In this document: positions 12,390 to 22,959 of the stretch, piece by piece
Layout of the letters: every line of letters starts with the position of its first letter
Position numbering within the stretch: position 1 is the first letter of the stretch
Source: Acidobacteriota bacterium
GTDB lineage: Bacteria; Acidobacteriota; Vicinamibacteria; Vicinamibacterales; JACPPN01
DNA: 46,837 nucleotides
Direction of reading: 5' to 3'
Assembly (NCBI GenBank): GCA_016190995.1
Contig: JACPPN010000226.1
Coordinates: 1 to 46,837 of the forward strand
Made by a program: the position numbers and the translations under genes
The notes under the pieces: model-generated
Told to the model about the DNA's origin: nothing
What the model saw: only the letters and a program-made list of their open reading frames with translations
The model's database searches: none

Positions 12390-13277
12390 ATGCCAGACTT
12401 CAGCATCCGTTCCGATTCGGTCGACGTCGAGCAGATCATGCGCCGCATCCGGGCGCGCATCAGGGAGAAGCGTGGCGTCGATTACACCGAAGACGAGATC
12501 CGCGAGCTCGCCAACGTCAAGCTTGAGAAGTTCCTCGATCCGGACAAGGTTCGGTCGGATCTGATCGAGCACTACCGCCGACAGCGTCCGATTCCGCCGC
12601 TTCAGACGCCGCCGGCGCCGCCCAACTACGGCTTCGAAGACGAAACCATCTACGCCTCCTCACGCAGTCTGAGCGGCCGGATCATCCGGCTGCTGCGACG
12701 CATCCTCCATCCGGCCCTGAAGCTGCTCTTCAACCCGAACCCGGTGATCAACGTCCTGCACATGCAGAGCGCCATCAATGCCTACCAGACCGAGCAGTTC
12801 GATCGGATCGCGCAGAAGGTCGGGCTCGGTGACGAGCTCCACGCGCTCCATTACGAGGTCCTCAACAACCTTGTCGTCGAGATGACGAAGCTGGGCATCG
12901 AGGTCAAGAACCTCAAGATGCGGGTCGAGTCGCTCTCGAGCCGCCTCGATTTCGACGAGCGGCGCGCGCGCGCGCTCGAGGGCGTCGTTCAGTACCGTCC
13001 GGCGAGTGCCGTGGCTGGCGCCGCCGCGCCGGCGGGAAAGACCACCGCGCCGGCGGAACCGGCCGCGCCCCAGGCGCAGGAAGGCGAGCAGGCCCGGCGC
13101 CGACGCCGACGCCGCCGGGGCCGCCGCCGCGGCCCGGCGCCCGCGACGGCAGCAACGGAGGGGGCGGCCGACGCGGCGCCGGTGCCGACCGGCGCGACGG
13201 GACCCGGTTCGGAACCTGCAGCACCGACCGACTCGTCGTCGGACGACAGCGACGGACCGGACACTCCCGAATCGTGA
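12390..13277 (+). CDS. Conserved hypothetical coiled-coil protein with poly-Arg, Pro/Ala-rich tail
   Basis: Track ORF 12384..13277 starts at TTG; I prefer ATG 12390 (MPDFSIRSDSVDVEQIMRRIRARIREKRG..). The central region looks heptad-like (LHYEVLNNLVVEMTKLGIEVKNLKMRVESLSSRLDFDERR). The tail carries RRRRRRRRGRRRG and an acidic end. The stop overlaps the next gene's start (13274-13277). Confidence 0.6.
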   Translation: MPDFSIRSDSVDVEQIMRRIRARIREKRGVDYTEDEIRELANVKLEKFLDPDKVRSDLIEHYRRQRPIPPLQTPPAPPNYGFEDETIYASSRSLSGRIIRLLRRILHPALKLLFNPNPVINVLHMQSAINAYQTEQFDRIAQKVGLGDELHALHYEVLNNLVVEMTKLGIEVKNLKMRVESLSSRLDFDERRARALEGVVQYRPASAVAGAAAPAGKTTAPAEPAAPQAQEGEQARRRRRRRRGRRRGPAPATAATEGAADAAPVPTGATGPGSEPAAPTDSSSDDSDGPDTPES

Positions 13278-14641
13278 AGACTGCGATCGTCGTCCAGCGC
13301 TACGGCGCGGATCTCAGCGGCGGCGCCGAGGTGCACGCACGCTACGTCACAGAGCACCTGTCGAGACACGTCGAGGTGGAGGTGCTGACAACGTGCGCGC
13401 GCGACTATGTCTCATGGCGTAACGACCTCCCTGCGGGCGTGGACGTCGTCAACGGGATCCGCGTTCGCCGGTTCCCCGTGGCGCGGGAGCGGGACATCTT
13501 CGACTTCGCGGACTGGTCGACGCGAGTGTTCGAGCGCGTCCATTCAGTGTCGGACGAGCTGGCGTGGATCGAGAGCGAGGGTCCGACGAGCACCGAGCTC
13601 GTCCGCCATCTGCGCGCCGCCAGGGGCGACTACGACTATTTCATTTTTTTCAGCTATCGCTACTACCACGCCTATCACGGAATCCGCGCGATCAACTCGC
13701 GCTCCCTGCTCGTGCCGACCGCGGAGCGCGATCCCGCAATTGGCGTGTCGGTCTTCGGTCCGATCTTCCGCGGCGTCCGCGCCCTCATGTACAACTCGTT
13801 CGAAGAGCGCGCGTTAATCCAGGCCGTCTCGGGCAACGAACACGTTCCTGGCGTTGTCGTCGGAGTGGGATCGGAGGTGGGGGCGCGGCCGGACCGGCTG
13901 CGGTTCCGGCAGAAATACGGCATTCGCGGGCCGTTTGCAATCTACGTCGGACGGATCGACGAGAACAAGGGGTGCCAGGAGCTGTTCGACTACTTCCGCC
14001 GATACGCCAACAACGTCCGGAGCCGCCTCTCACTCGTCCTGATTGGCAGCTCCATCCTCGATATCCCCAGCCATCCGCGCATCAGGCATCTCGGCTACGT
14101 CTCCGATGAAGACAAGTTCGATGCGATCGCGGCAGCCGACGTGCTGATCATGCCTTCCTACTTCGAAAGCCTCTCGATGGTCGTGCTCGAAGCGTGGGCG
14201 CTCGGCCGCCCGGTGCTGGCCAACGCCCACTGCGATGTCTTGCTGGGACAGTCAATCCGGAGCAACGCGGGACTCTTCTACGAGAACTACGACGAGTTCG
14301 CGGCGGCGCTGCGTACGCTCGAACGGGACCGCCGCCTGGCCGATACGCTCGGCCGCAACGGCGAAGCCTACTACCGGCGGCACTACAGCTGGCCCGTCGT
14401 CGAGCGAAAGTATCTTGACATGATCGACCGGTTGAAGCGGGAAGATGAAGAGGGCGGCGTTCGAGGCATCGAGTCACTCCCGAGCTGGTTCACACGTCGC
14501 CGCAAGACCGTTCTGCCCGCGGCCGAGGTCCTCGCGAAGCTTCCTTGCGGGCCGGTCAGGGCGCCGAAGCCCCCTCCGGCGAGGCAGCTCGACGGCAAAC
14601 CGGCCGCGCGCGCCGGCGGGGTGGCCCGTTACGGCCAGTGA
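13274..14641 (+). CDS. GT4-family glycosyltransferase (type A)
   Basis: 455 aa. The N-terminus MKTAIVVQRYGADLSGGAEVHA..VEVLTTCARDY is paralogous to the gene at 16930. The EX7E motif is ESLSMVVLE. Confidence 0.85.
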   Translation: MKTAIVVQRYGADLSGGAEVHARYVTEHLSRHVEVEVLTTCARDYVSWRNDLPAGVDVVNGIRVRRFPVARERDIFDFADWSTRVFERVHSVSDELAWIESEGPTSTELVRHLRAARGDYDYFIFFSYRYYHAYHGIRAINSRSLLVPTAERDPAIGVSVFGPIFRGVRALMYNSFEERALIQAVSGNEHVPGVVVGVGSEVGARPDRLRFRQKYGIRGPFAIYVGRIDENKGCQELFDYFRRYANNVRSRLSLVLIGSSILDIPSHPRIRHLGYVSDEDKFDAIAAADVLIMPSYFESLSMVVLEAWALGRPVLANAHCDVLLGQSIRSNAGLFYENYDEFAAALRTLERDRRLADTLGRNGEAYYRRHYSWPVVERKYLDMIDRLKREDEEGGVRGIESLPSWFTRRRKTVLPAAEVLAKLPCGPVRAPKPPPARQLDGKPAARAGGVARYGQ

Positions 14642-14645
14642 CCGC

Positions 14646-15866
14646 ATGACGAAGCGTCCGCCGGTCCATCAGGTGCTTGCCACGCTCGGCTATGGCGACG
14701 CGATCGGGCACGAAGTGCTCGGCATCCAGCGTGTGCTCCGAGGCGTCGGATTCGCGTCGGACATCTTCGTCGAGACGGCGGATCCGCGGCTCGAGTCGAT
14801 GACCCGCGACTATCGCGAGCTCCCGGGCACGAGCGACCCTGACAATATTCTGATTCATCACTTCTCGATCGGGTCGAAGGCATCGCGCATCGCGTACGCG
14901 CTGCCCGATCGGATGATCCTCGTCTATCACAACATCACGCCGCCCGAATACTTCATCGACATCCACCCACTGCTCGTCCGCCTCTGCTACATGGGACGAC
15001 GCGAGCTCACGGCGTACGCGCGGCGCTCGGATCTTGCCGTCGGCGACTCCGAGTTCAATCGCCAGGAGCTCGAGCATCTCGGGTTTCCCGTCACCGGGGT
15101 GCTTCCGGTCGTCCCGGATTTCAGCCATCTCGAAGTGGAGCCCGATCCGCTGCTCGCCGGAAGGTTCGACGATGAGTGGACGAACATCCTCTTCGTCGGC
15201 CGGGTGATTCCCAACAAACGCATCGACAATCTCATTCGCTTCTTCCACGTGTATCGCACGGAGTTCAACCCACGGTCCCGCCTGCTCGTTGTCGGCTCCT
15301 ACGGCGGCTTCGATCGGTACCTGGCGATGCTGCACCACCTCATCGAGACCCTCGGGACCCCGGACGTGCACCTGGTGGGTCAGGTGACGAACGAGGAGCT
15401 CACAGCGTTCTACGACGTCGCCGATCTTTTTCTGTGCGCGAGCGAGCACGAAGGGTTCTGCGTCCCGCTCGTCGAGGCGTACTACAAGCAGGTGCCGGTC
15501 ATGGCGTACTCGGCGACCGCCGTGCCGTCAACGTTGGACGGCGCGGGCGTGTTGTACCGAACGCAGGATCCCTTGCGCGTTGCGGCCATCATGGACGCGG
15601 TGCTGTCAGATCCGGGCCTGCAGGACGCCATGATCGCCGCCGAGCAGAACGCGCTCGATCGGCTGCTCAGGCGCGATTTTGCGGGCCATCTGCTGGGCTT
15701 CGTGGATCAAGTGGCCCGCTCGCCGCACCTGCCGCGGGCTGAGATTCCCCCCGACTTCTGGCGCCAGCTCGATGTCGCCCAGCGGCTCGAGGAGCTCCGG
15801 CTCTACCGGCCTTCCATATTCCAGGCGCTGCCCGATCCGCCCGACGCGCCGCCGCGTTCGCGATGA
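14646..15866 (+). CDS. GT4-family glycosyltransferase (type B)
   Basis: Start chosen at ATG 14646 (MTKRPPVHQVLATLGYGDAIGHEVL..). The track ORF from 14445 overlaps the preceding gene. The EX7E motif is EHEGFCVPLVE. It is paralogous to the gene at 15863. Confidence 0.85.
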   Translation: MTKRPPVHQVLATLGYGDAIGHEVLGIQRVLRGVGFASDIFVETADPRLESMTRDYRELPGTSDPDNILIHHFSIGSKASRIAYALPDRMILVYHNITPPEYFIDIHPLLVRLCYMGRRELTAYARRSDLAVGDSEFNRQELEHLGFPVTGVLPVVPDFSHLEVEPDPLLAGRFDDEWTNILFVGRVIPNKRIDNLIRFFHVYRTEFNPRSRLLVVGSYGGFDRYLAMLHHLIETLGTPDVHLVGQVTNEELTAFYDVADLFLCASEHEGFCVPLVEAYYKQVPVMAYSATAVPSTLDGAGVLYRTQDPLRVAAIMDAVLSDPGLQDAMIAAEQNALDRLLRRDFAGHLLGFVDQVARSPHLPRAEIPPDFWRQLDVAQRLEELRLYRPSIFQALPDPPDAPPRSR

Positions 15867-16933
15867 TCATCAATCAGTGGGTGCCGGCGGCGCACAAAGG
15901 CGATGCCATCGGCGACAGCGCGCGCCGCGTCCGGGACATCCTGCGATGCAAGGGACACGTGTCGGCTCTCTACGCCCTGACGATTGACGACGATCTGGGG
16001 AGCGAAGTCCTCCCGTTCACCGATCCGGACGCGGGGCGAGGGGACCTGACGATCTTCCATTTCGCGCTGCCCTCTCCAATGACGGAAGCGTTCGCAGGGC
16101 TGCCGGGTGGGCGCCTCCTGCAGTATCACAACATCACTCCCGCGGCCTTCTTCGCGCCGTACGACGCCGGCCTCTTCCGTCTGGCCGCGCTGGGGCGACG
16201 GGAGCTGGCGTCGCTGGCAGGCCGCGTCGATCTGGCGCTGGGCGATTCCGACTACAACCGGCGGGAGCTCGAGGCGCTGGGATTCGCCCCGACCGCGGTG
16301 ATGCCGATTGCCGTGAACACCGGCAGAATCACCTCGGCGCCCCGGCGACCCGCGCTCGAGAAGATGCTCGACGATGGCCTGACGAACTTCCTCTTCGTGG
16401 GGCGCATCGTGCCCAACAAGCGGATCGAGGATCACATCCGCCTCGCCGAGCACTACAAGCGCTACGTCGACAGCTCCTACCGCTTCATCTTCGTGGGACG
16501 CGACGATGCGGTGCCGCGCTACGCGGCGATGATTCGCGCCCTCATGGTGGAGTACAAGATGCCCACGGATCGATTCGTCTTCACGGGTCCGGTTCCCGAT
16601 GAGGACCTCGCTACGTACTATCGCTCGGCGAGCGCCTACCTTTCGCTCAGCGAACATGAGGGATTCTGCGTGCCGCTGGTCGAAGCGATGGCGGCCGACG
16701 TGCCCGTTCTCGCCTACGAGGCGACGGCGGTGCCCGAAACGCTCGGCGGAGCGGGTGTGACGTTCGCGCCCAAGGACCTCGAGTACGCGGCGGAGCTGCT
16801 CGGCTCCCTCGCCCATGATGACGACGTGCGCCGCAGCGTCCTCCAGGGACAGCGCGAGCGATTGAAGGCCTTCGGTTCCGATCGCATCGAGCGGCGTCTG
16901 GCGGAGGTGCTGTCGTCGGTGGGGGTGTCGTGA
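15863..16933 (+). CDS. GT4-family glycosyltransferase (type B')
   Basis: 356 aa. Shares ..GDAIG.., YHNITPAAFF, GRRELASLAGRVDLALGDSDYNRRELEALGF and SEHEGFCVPLVEA with the preceding gene. Both its start and stop overlap neighbours by 4 nt. Confidence 0.85.
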   Translation: MIINQWVPAAHKGDAIGDSARRVRDILRCKGHVSALYALTIDDDLGSEVLPFTDPDAGRGDLTIFHFALPSPMTEAFAGLPGGRLLQYHNITPAAFFAPYDAGLFRLAALGRRELASLAGRVDLALGDSDYNRRELEALGFAPTAVMPIAVNTGRITSAPRRPALEKMLDDGLTNFLFVGRIVPNKRIEDHIRLAEHYKRYVDSSYRFIFVGRDDAVPRYAAMIRALMVEYKMPTDRFVFTGPVPDEDLATYYRSASAYLSLSEHEGFCVPLVEAMAADVPVLAYEATAVPETLGGAGVTFAPKDLEYAAELLGSLAHDDDVRRSVLQGQRERLKAFGSDRIERRLAEVLSSVGVS

Positions 16934-18210
16934 AAGTCGCCTTCATCGTCCAGCGTTACGGTGCGGAGATTCTGGGCGGATCGGAGTACCACTGTCGCCT
17001 GATCGCGGAACGCCTGGCGGCCCGTCACCAGGTCGAGGTCTTGACGACGTGCGCGCGCGACTACATCACGTGGAAGAACGAGTATCCCGAAGGCGCCGAT
17101 CGCATCCGCGGTGTGGATGTACGGCGCTTCGCGAACGCGCAGATGCGCGACATCGCCGCGTTCAATCGCTACTCGGACTGGATCTTCAACAACCCGCACT
17201 CCTCTGCGGACGAGATGGAATGGCTGAAGCAGCAGGGCCCCTGGTGCCCCTCGCTGATGCAGTACCTGGAACGCCACCACGCCTTGTACGATGTCCTGAT
17301 CTTCTTCACGTACCTGTATGCGCCGACGGTCCTGGGCATGAAGATCGCGCCCACTCGCAGCATCTTCGTACCGACGGCCCACGATGAGCCGGCGATCCAC
17401 CTCGATCTCTACAAGGAACTCTTCAAGCTGCCCGCAGCCATCGCGTACAACACCGAAGTCGAGCGACGGTTTCTCGCGTCGGCGTTCGAGATCCAGGCGC
17501 TCGTCGAGGAAACAGTCGGATGCGGCGTCGATCTTCCCCCGACGCATGCCGACCTGCGCGTTCGTGCGGGTCGCAGGCACCCCGACGACGCCGAGTCACG
17601 TGAGGCTCTGGAGGGCGAGGGGCGCGACACGTCGGGCCCGTCGCATCTGACCGCCCGGGGCGCGACGTTTCGGCGGCGGCATCGACTTCACGGGCCGTTC
17701 GCGCTCTACGGGGGACGGATCGATCCAGGCAAGGGCTGCGAAGAATTGATCGAGTACTTCGGCACGTACGTGAACGAAGGGGGCGACGCGTCGCTGGTGC
17801 TCATGGGCGTGAAGCTCATGCCTCTGCCCGAGGAGCCTTTCATCCGCTTCGCAGGTCTCCTGCCGGAACAGGAACGGCTGCGCGCGCTCGAGGCCGCTAC
17901 CGTGGTGTCCGTCCCGTCCCCGTACGAGAGCCTGTCGCTGCTCGCGCTCGAATCATTCGCGGTCGGGACGCCAATCCTGGCAAACGCGCGCAGCGATGTG
18001 CTGGTCGAGCACTGCCGGCAGAGCAACGGCGGTCTGTACTATGCGGATCGCGACGAGTTCGTCGCATGCCTGCAGCTGCTCGTTGCCGATGAGCCATTGC
18101 GGCTGGCGATGGGACGCAACGGGCGGGAATACGTGAGAGCCCACTACCGGTGGGACGTGATCCTGAGCAAGTACGAGCGGATGATGGCACGCCTCACCGG
18201 CCGCGCGTGA
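16930..18210 (+). CDS. GT4-family glycosyltransferase (type A')
   Basis: 426 aa. MKVAFIVQRYGAEILGGSEYHC..VEVLTTCARDYITWKNEYPEG is paralogous to the gene at 13274. The EX7E motif is ESLSLLALE. Confidence 0.85.
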   Translation: MKVAFIVQRYGAEILGGSEYHCRLIAERLAARHQVEVLTTCARDYITWKNEYPEGADRIRGVDVRRFANAQMRDIAAFNRYSDWIFNNPHSSADEMEWLKQQGPWCPSLMQYLERHHALYDVLIFFTYLYAPTVLGMKIAPTRSIFVPTAHDEPAIHLDLYKELFKLPAAIAYNTEVERRFLASAFEIQALVEETVGCGVDLPPTHADLRVRAGRRHPDDAESREALEGEGRDTSGPSHLTARGATFRRRHRLHGPFALYGGRIDPGKGCEELIEYFGTYVNEGGDASLVLMGVKLMPLPEEPFIRFAGLLPEQERLRALEAATVVSVPSPYESLSLLALESFAVGTPILANARSDVLVEHCRQSNGGLYYADRDEFVACLQLLVADEPLRLAMGRNGREYVRAHYRWDVILSKYERMMARLTGRA

Positions 18211-18219
18211 GCCGCCGAC

Positions 18220-19767
18220 TCAACGCTCCCAGTCGCCCGCTGGGCCGGCACCGACCACCTTCCTGACAGGGACGCGGCGGCGACGATCCTCGGTCACCCC
18301 GCCCGAGGGGGCCCGCCAGCTATCCGCCCGCTCGCTGGCGAACTCCGACCCGGCCGGGCTCTCGGACTGGCCCCCGGTCTTCTTCCTTCGCGGCCGAATG
18401 TCGTACCGCTTGATCATCTCGTTGAGCGTCGTCGGCTTGATGTGCAGCAACTCCGCGGCCTTCTTCTGAACGCCGCCGGCCGCTTCGAGCGTCGATTCGA
18501 TGAGCCGCTTCTCGAAATCCGTGATCACCTCCTTGAACGAGATCCCTTCCGGCGGCAAGACGAACTGCGGCATCTGGAAGGGCCGCACGCTTCGCACATG
18601 TTCAGGGATGAGATCGGCGTCGATGCGCTGCCCCGAGGTCAGAACGACCGCGCGCTCGATGACGTTCTCGAGCTCGCGCACGTTGCCGGGCCAGTCGTAC
18701 TCCATCAGCAGATCCAGCGCGTCCGGCATCAGCTCGAGGCCCGACTTGTGGTTTTCCTCGCCGTATTTCTCGAGGAAATGCTGGACCAGCAGCGGAATGT
18801 CCTCCTTGCGCTCACGAAGCGGCGGGAGTTGAATCGTGATGACGTGGAGGCGATAGTACAGGTCCTCGCGGAACCGTCCCTCTTCCATCTGCCGGTGGAG
18901 ATCCACGTTCGTCGCGGCAATGATCCGGACGTCCACCTTAATGGTCTCGACGCCGCCGAGGCGCATGAACTCCCGCTCCTGCATGACGCGCAACAGCTTG
19001 GCCTGCGTCTCGGGCGGAACGTTGCTGATCTCGTCGAAGAAGATCGTGCCCTTGTCGGCGAGCTCGAAGAGCCCCTTCTTGGGATACACCGCGCCGGTGA
19101 ACGCGCCTTTGACGTGCCCGAACAGGTTCGACTCGAGCAAGTCCGGGGGCAGATTCCCGGAATTGACCGTGATGAACGGCCTGTCCGACCGGGTCGAATT
19201 GGTGTGGAGCGCGCGCGCGACGAGCTCCTTGCCGGTGCCGCTCTCCCCTTCGACGAGGATCGTCGAGCGGCTGGGCGCGGCCTGGATGATCAGGTCGAAG
19301 ACCTGACGCATCCGGGCGCTCCGGCCGATGATGTTCGCGAACTTGTGATACCGCGCCTGCAGATTCTGGCGGAGCGCCCGGTTCTCGTCGATCAGGCGCC
19401 GCCGCTCGATCGCGTTCCGCAGTACGAGGAGCACCTCATCATTCTTGAACGGCTTGGTGATGTAGTCGAGCGCGCCGCGCTTCATCGCGGCGATCGCGGT
19501 CTCGACCGACGCGAACGCCGTGATCATGATGACGGGCAGGTCCTCGTCAAGCTTCTTGAGCTCCTCCAGCGTCTCGATGCCGTCGAGACCGGGCATCATC
19601 ACATCGATGATGGCCGCGTCGAACGGCACGCTGCGCGCCAGCTCGAGCCCTTCGGCCCCGCCCGGTGCCGCGCGGACCTCGTAGCCCTCGCGGGCCAGAA
19701 GCGCCTCGAGGATCTCGCGCATGATCTCTTCGTCGTCGATGACCAGAACGGAAGCGTTACGCGACAT
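18220..19767 (-). CDS. Sigma-54-dependent response regulator (NtrC family)
   Basis: Start chosen at ATG 19767 (MSRNASVLVIDDEEIMREIL..). Has a receiver domain (IIDVMMPGLDG), an AAA+ Walker A (GESGTGKE), the GAFTGA sigma-54 contact loop and a Fis-type HTH (AAELLHIKPTTLNEMIKRYDI). A roughly 60-aa basic, disordered tail follows. Confidence 0.9.
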   Translation of the reverse strand: MSRNASVLVIDDEEIMREILEALLAREGYEVRAAPGGAEGLELARSVPFDAAIIDVMMPGLDGIETLEELKKLDEDLPVIMITAFASVETAIAAMKRGALDYITKPFKNDEVLLVLRNAIERRRLIDENRALRQNLQARYHKFANIIGRSARMRQVFDLIIQAAPSRSTILVEGESGTGKELVARALHTNSTRSDRPFITVNSGNLPPDLLESNLFGHVKGAFTGAVYPKKGLFELADKGTIFFDEISNVPPETQAKLLRVMQEREFMRLGGVETIKVDVRIIAATNVDLHRQMEEGRFREDLYYRLHVITIQLPPLRERKEDIPLLVQHFLEKYGEENHKSGLELMPDALDLLMEYDWPGNVRELENVIERAVVLTSGQRIDADLIPEHVRSVRPFQMPQFVLPPEGISFKEVITDFEKRLIESTLEAAGGVQKKAAELLHIKPTTLNEMIKRYDIRPRRKKTGGQSESPAGSEFASERADSWRAPSGGVTEDRRRRVPVRKVVGAGPAGDWER

Positions 19768-19780
19768 AAGCACGGCTAGA

Positions 19781-22666
<2,886 letters not shown>

Positions 22667-22750
22667 CTCCGTCCCACTTTGCCTCAGCCGGAGAGACCGC
22701 GCGCGTCCCGACACGTTGAAGGAATGGTCAGGAAGGCTCGTGGTGCCGTC

Positions 22751-22770
22751 AGAGCAAACGCTATACCGAA
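22751..22770 (-). promoter_or_regulatory. Candidate sigma-54 (-24/-12) promoter upstream of the kinase/regulator operon
   Basis: The minus strand reads TTCGGTATAGCGTTTGCTCT. The GG and TTGC elements have the canonical spacing of TGGCAC-N5-TTGCW. It lies about 85 nt upstream of ATG 22666. The -24 half is imperfect (CGGTAT). Confidence 0.3.
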
Positions 22771-22901
22771 TTGGATCCGAACCCCGGACCACGTTTCACC
22801 TTCTGTTTCAAGGTTTTAGCTTCATTGCCCCGAACGGGACGCAGCCCGCCATTCAACACGTTGAAGCCGTACTTCAAATTGATGAATCCTCCAGAAGCGC
22901 C

Positions 22902-22928
22902 AAAAAAAAGAGCGCGACCGATGCGCTC
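22902..22928 (-). terminator. Rho-independent terminator after the outer-membrane protein gene
   Basis: The minus strand reads GAGCGC-AUCGGUC-GCGCUC followed by U8 (A8 at 22902-22909 on the plus strand). It begins 32 nt after the stop at 22960. Confidence 0.8.
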
Positions 22929-22959
22929 CGCGGAATCTTGAGAGGCCGTCCCGCCTCAT

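Noticed and set aside
11112-12572. Other long antisense or alternative-frame ORFs: 11112..12572(-), 18442..19779(+), 39229..40401(+), 42375..43622(+), 15803..16816(-), 16714..17580(-), 44956..46032(-), 23018..24280(-)
   Set aside because: Each overlaps a CDS that has family-specific motifs. All are Arg/Gly/Pro/His-rich with no motifs. They are expected by chance at this GC content.
12955-12980. Alternating (GC)n run GCGCGCGCGCGCGC inside the coiled-coil gene, and the CGN-rich Arg-tract DNA at about 13095-13135
   Set aside because: Both are explained by the coding sequence (ERRARALE and the poly-Arg codons) in a GC-rich genome. Nothing indicates an independent function.
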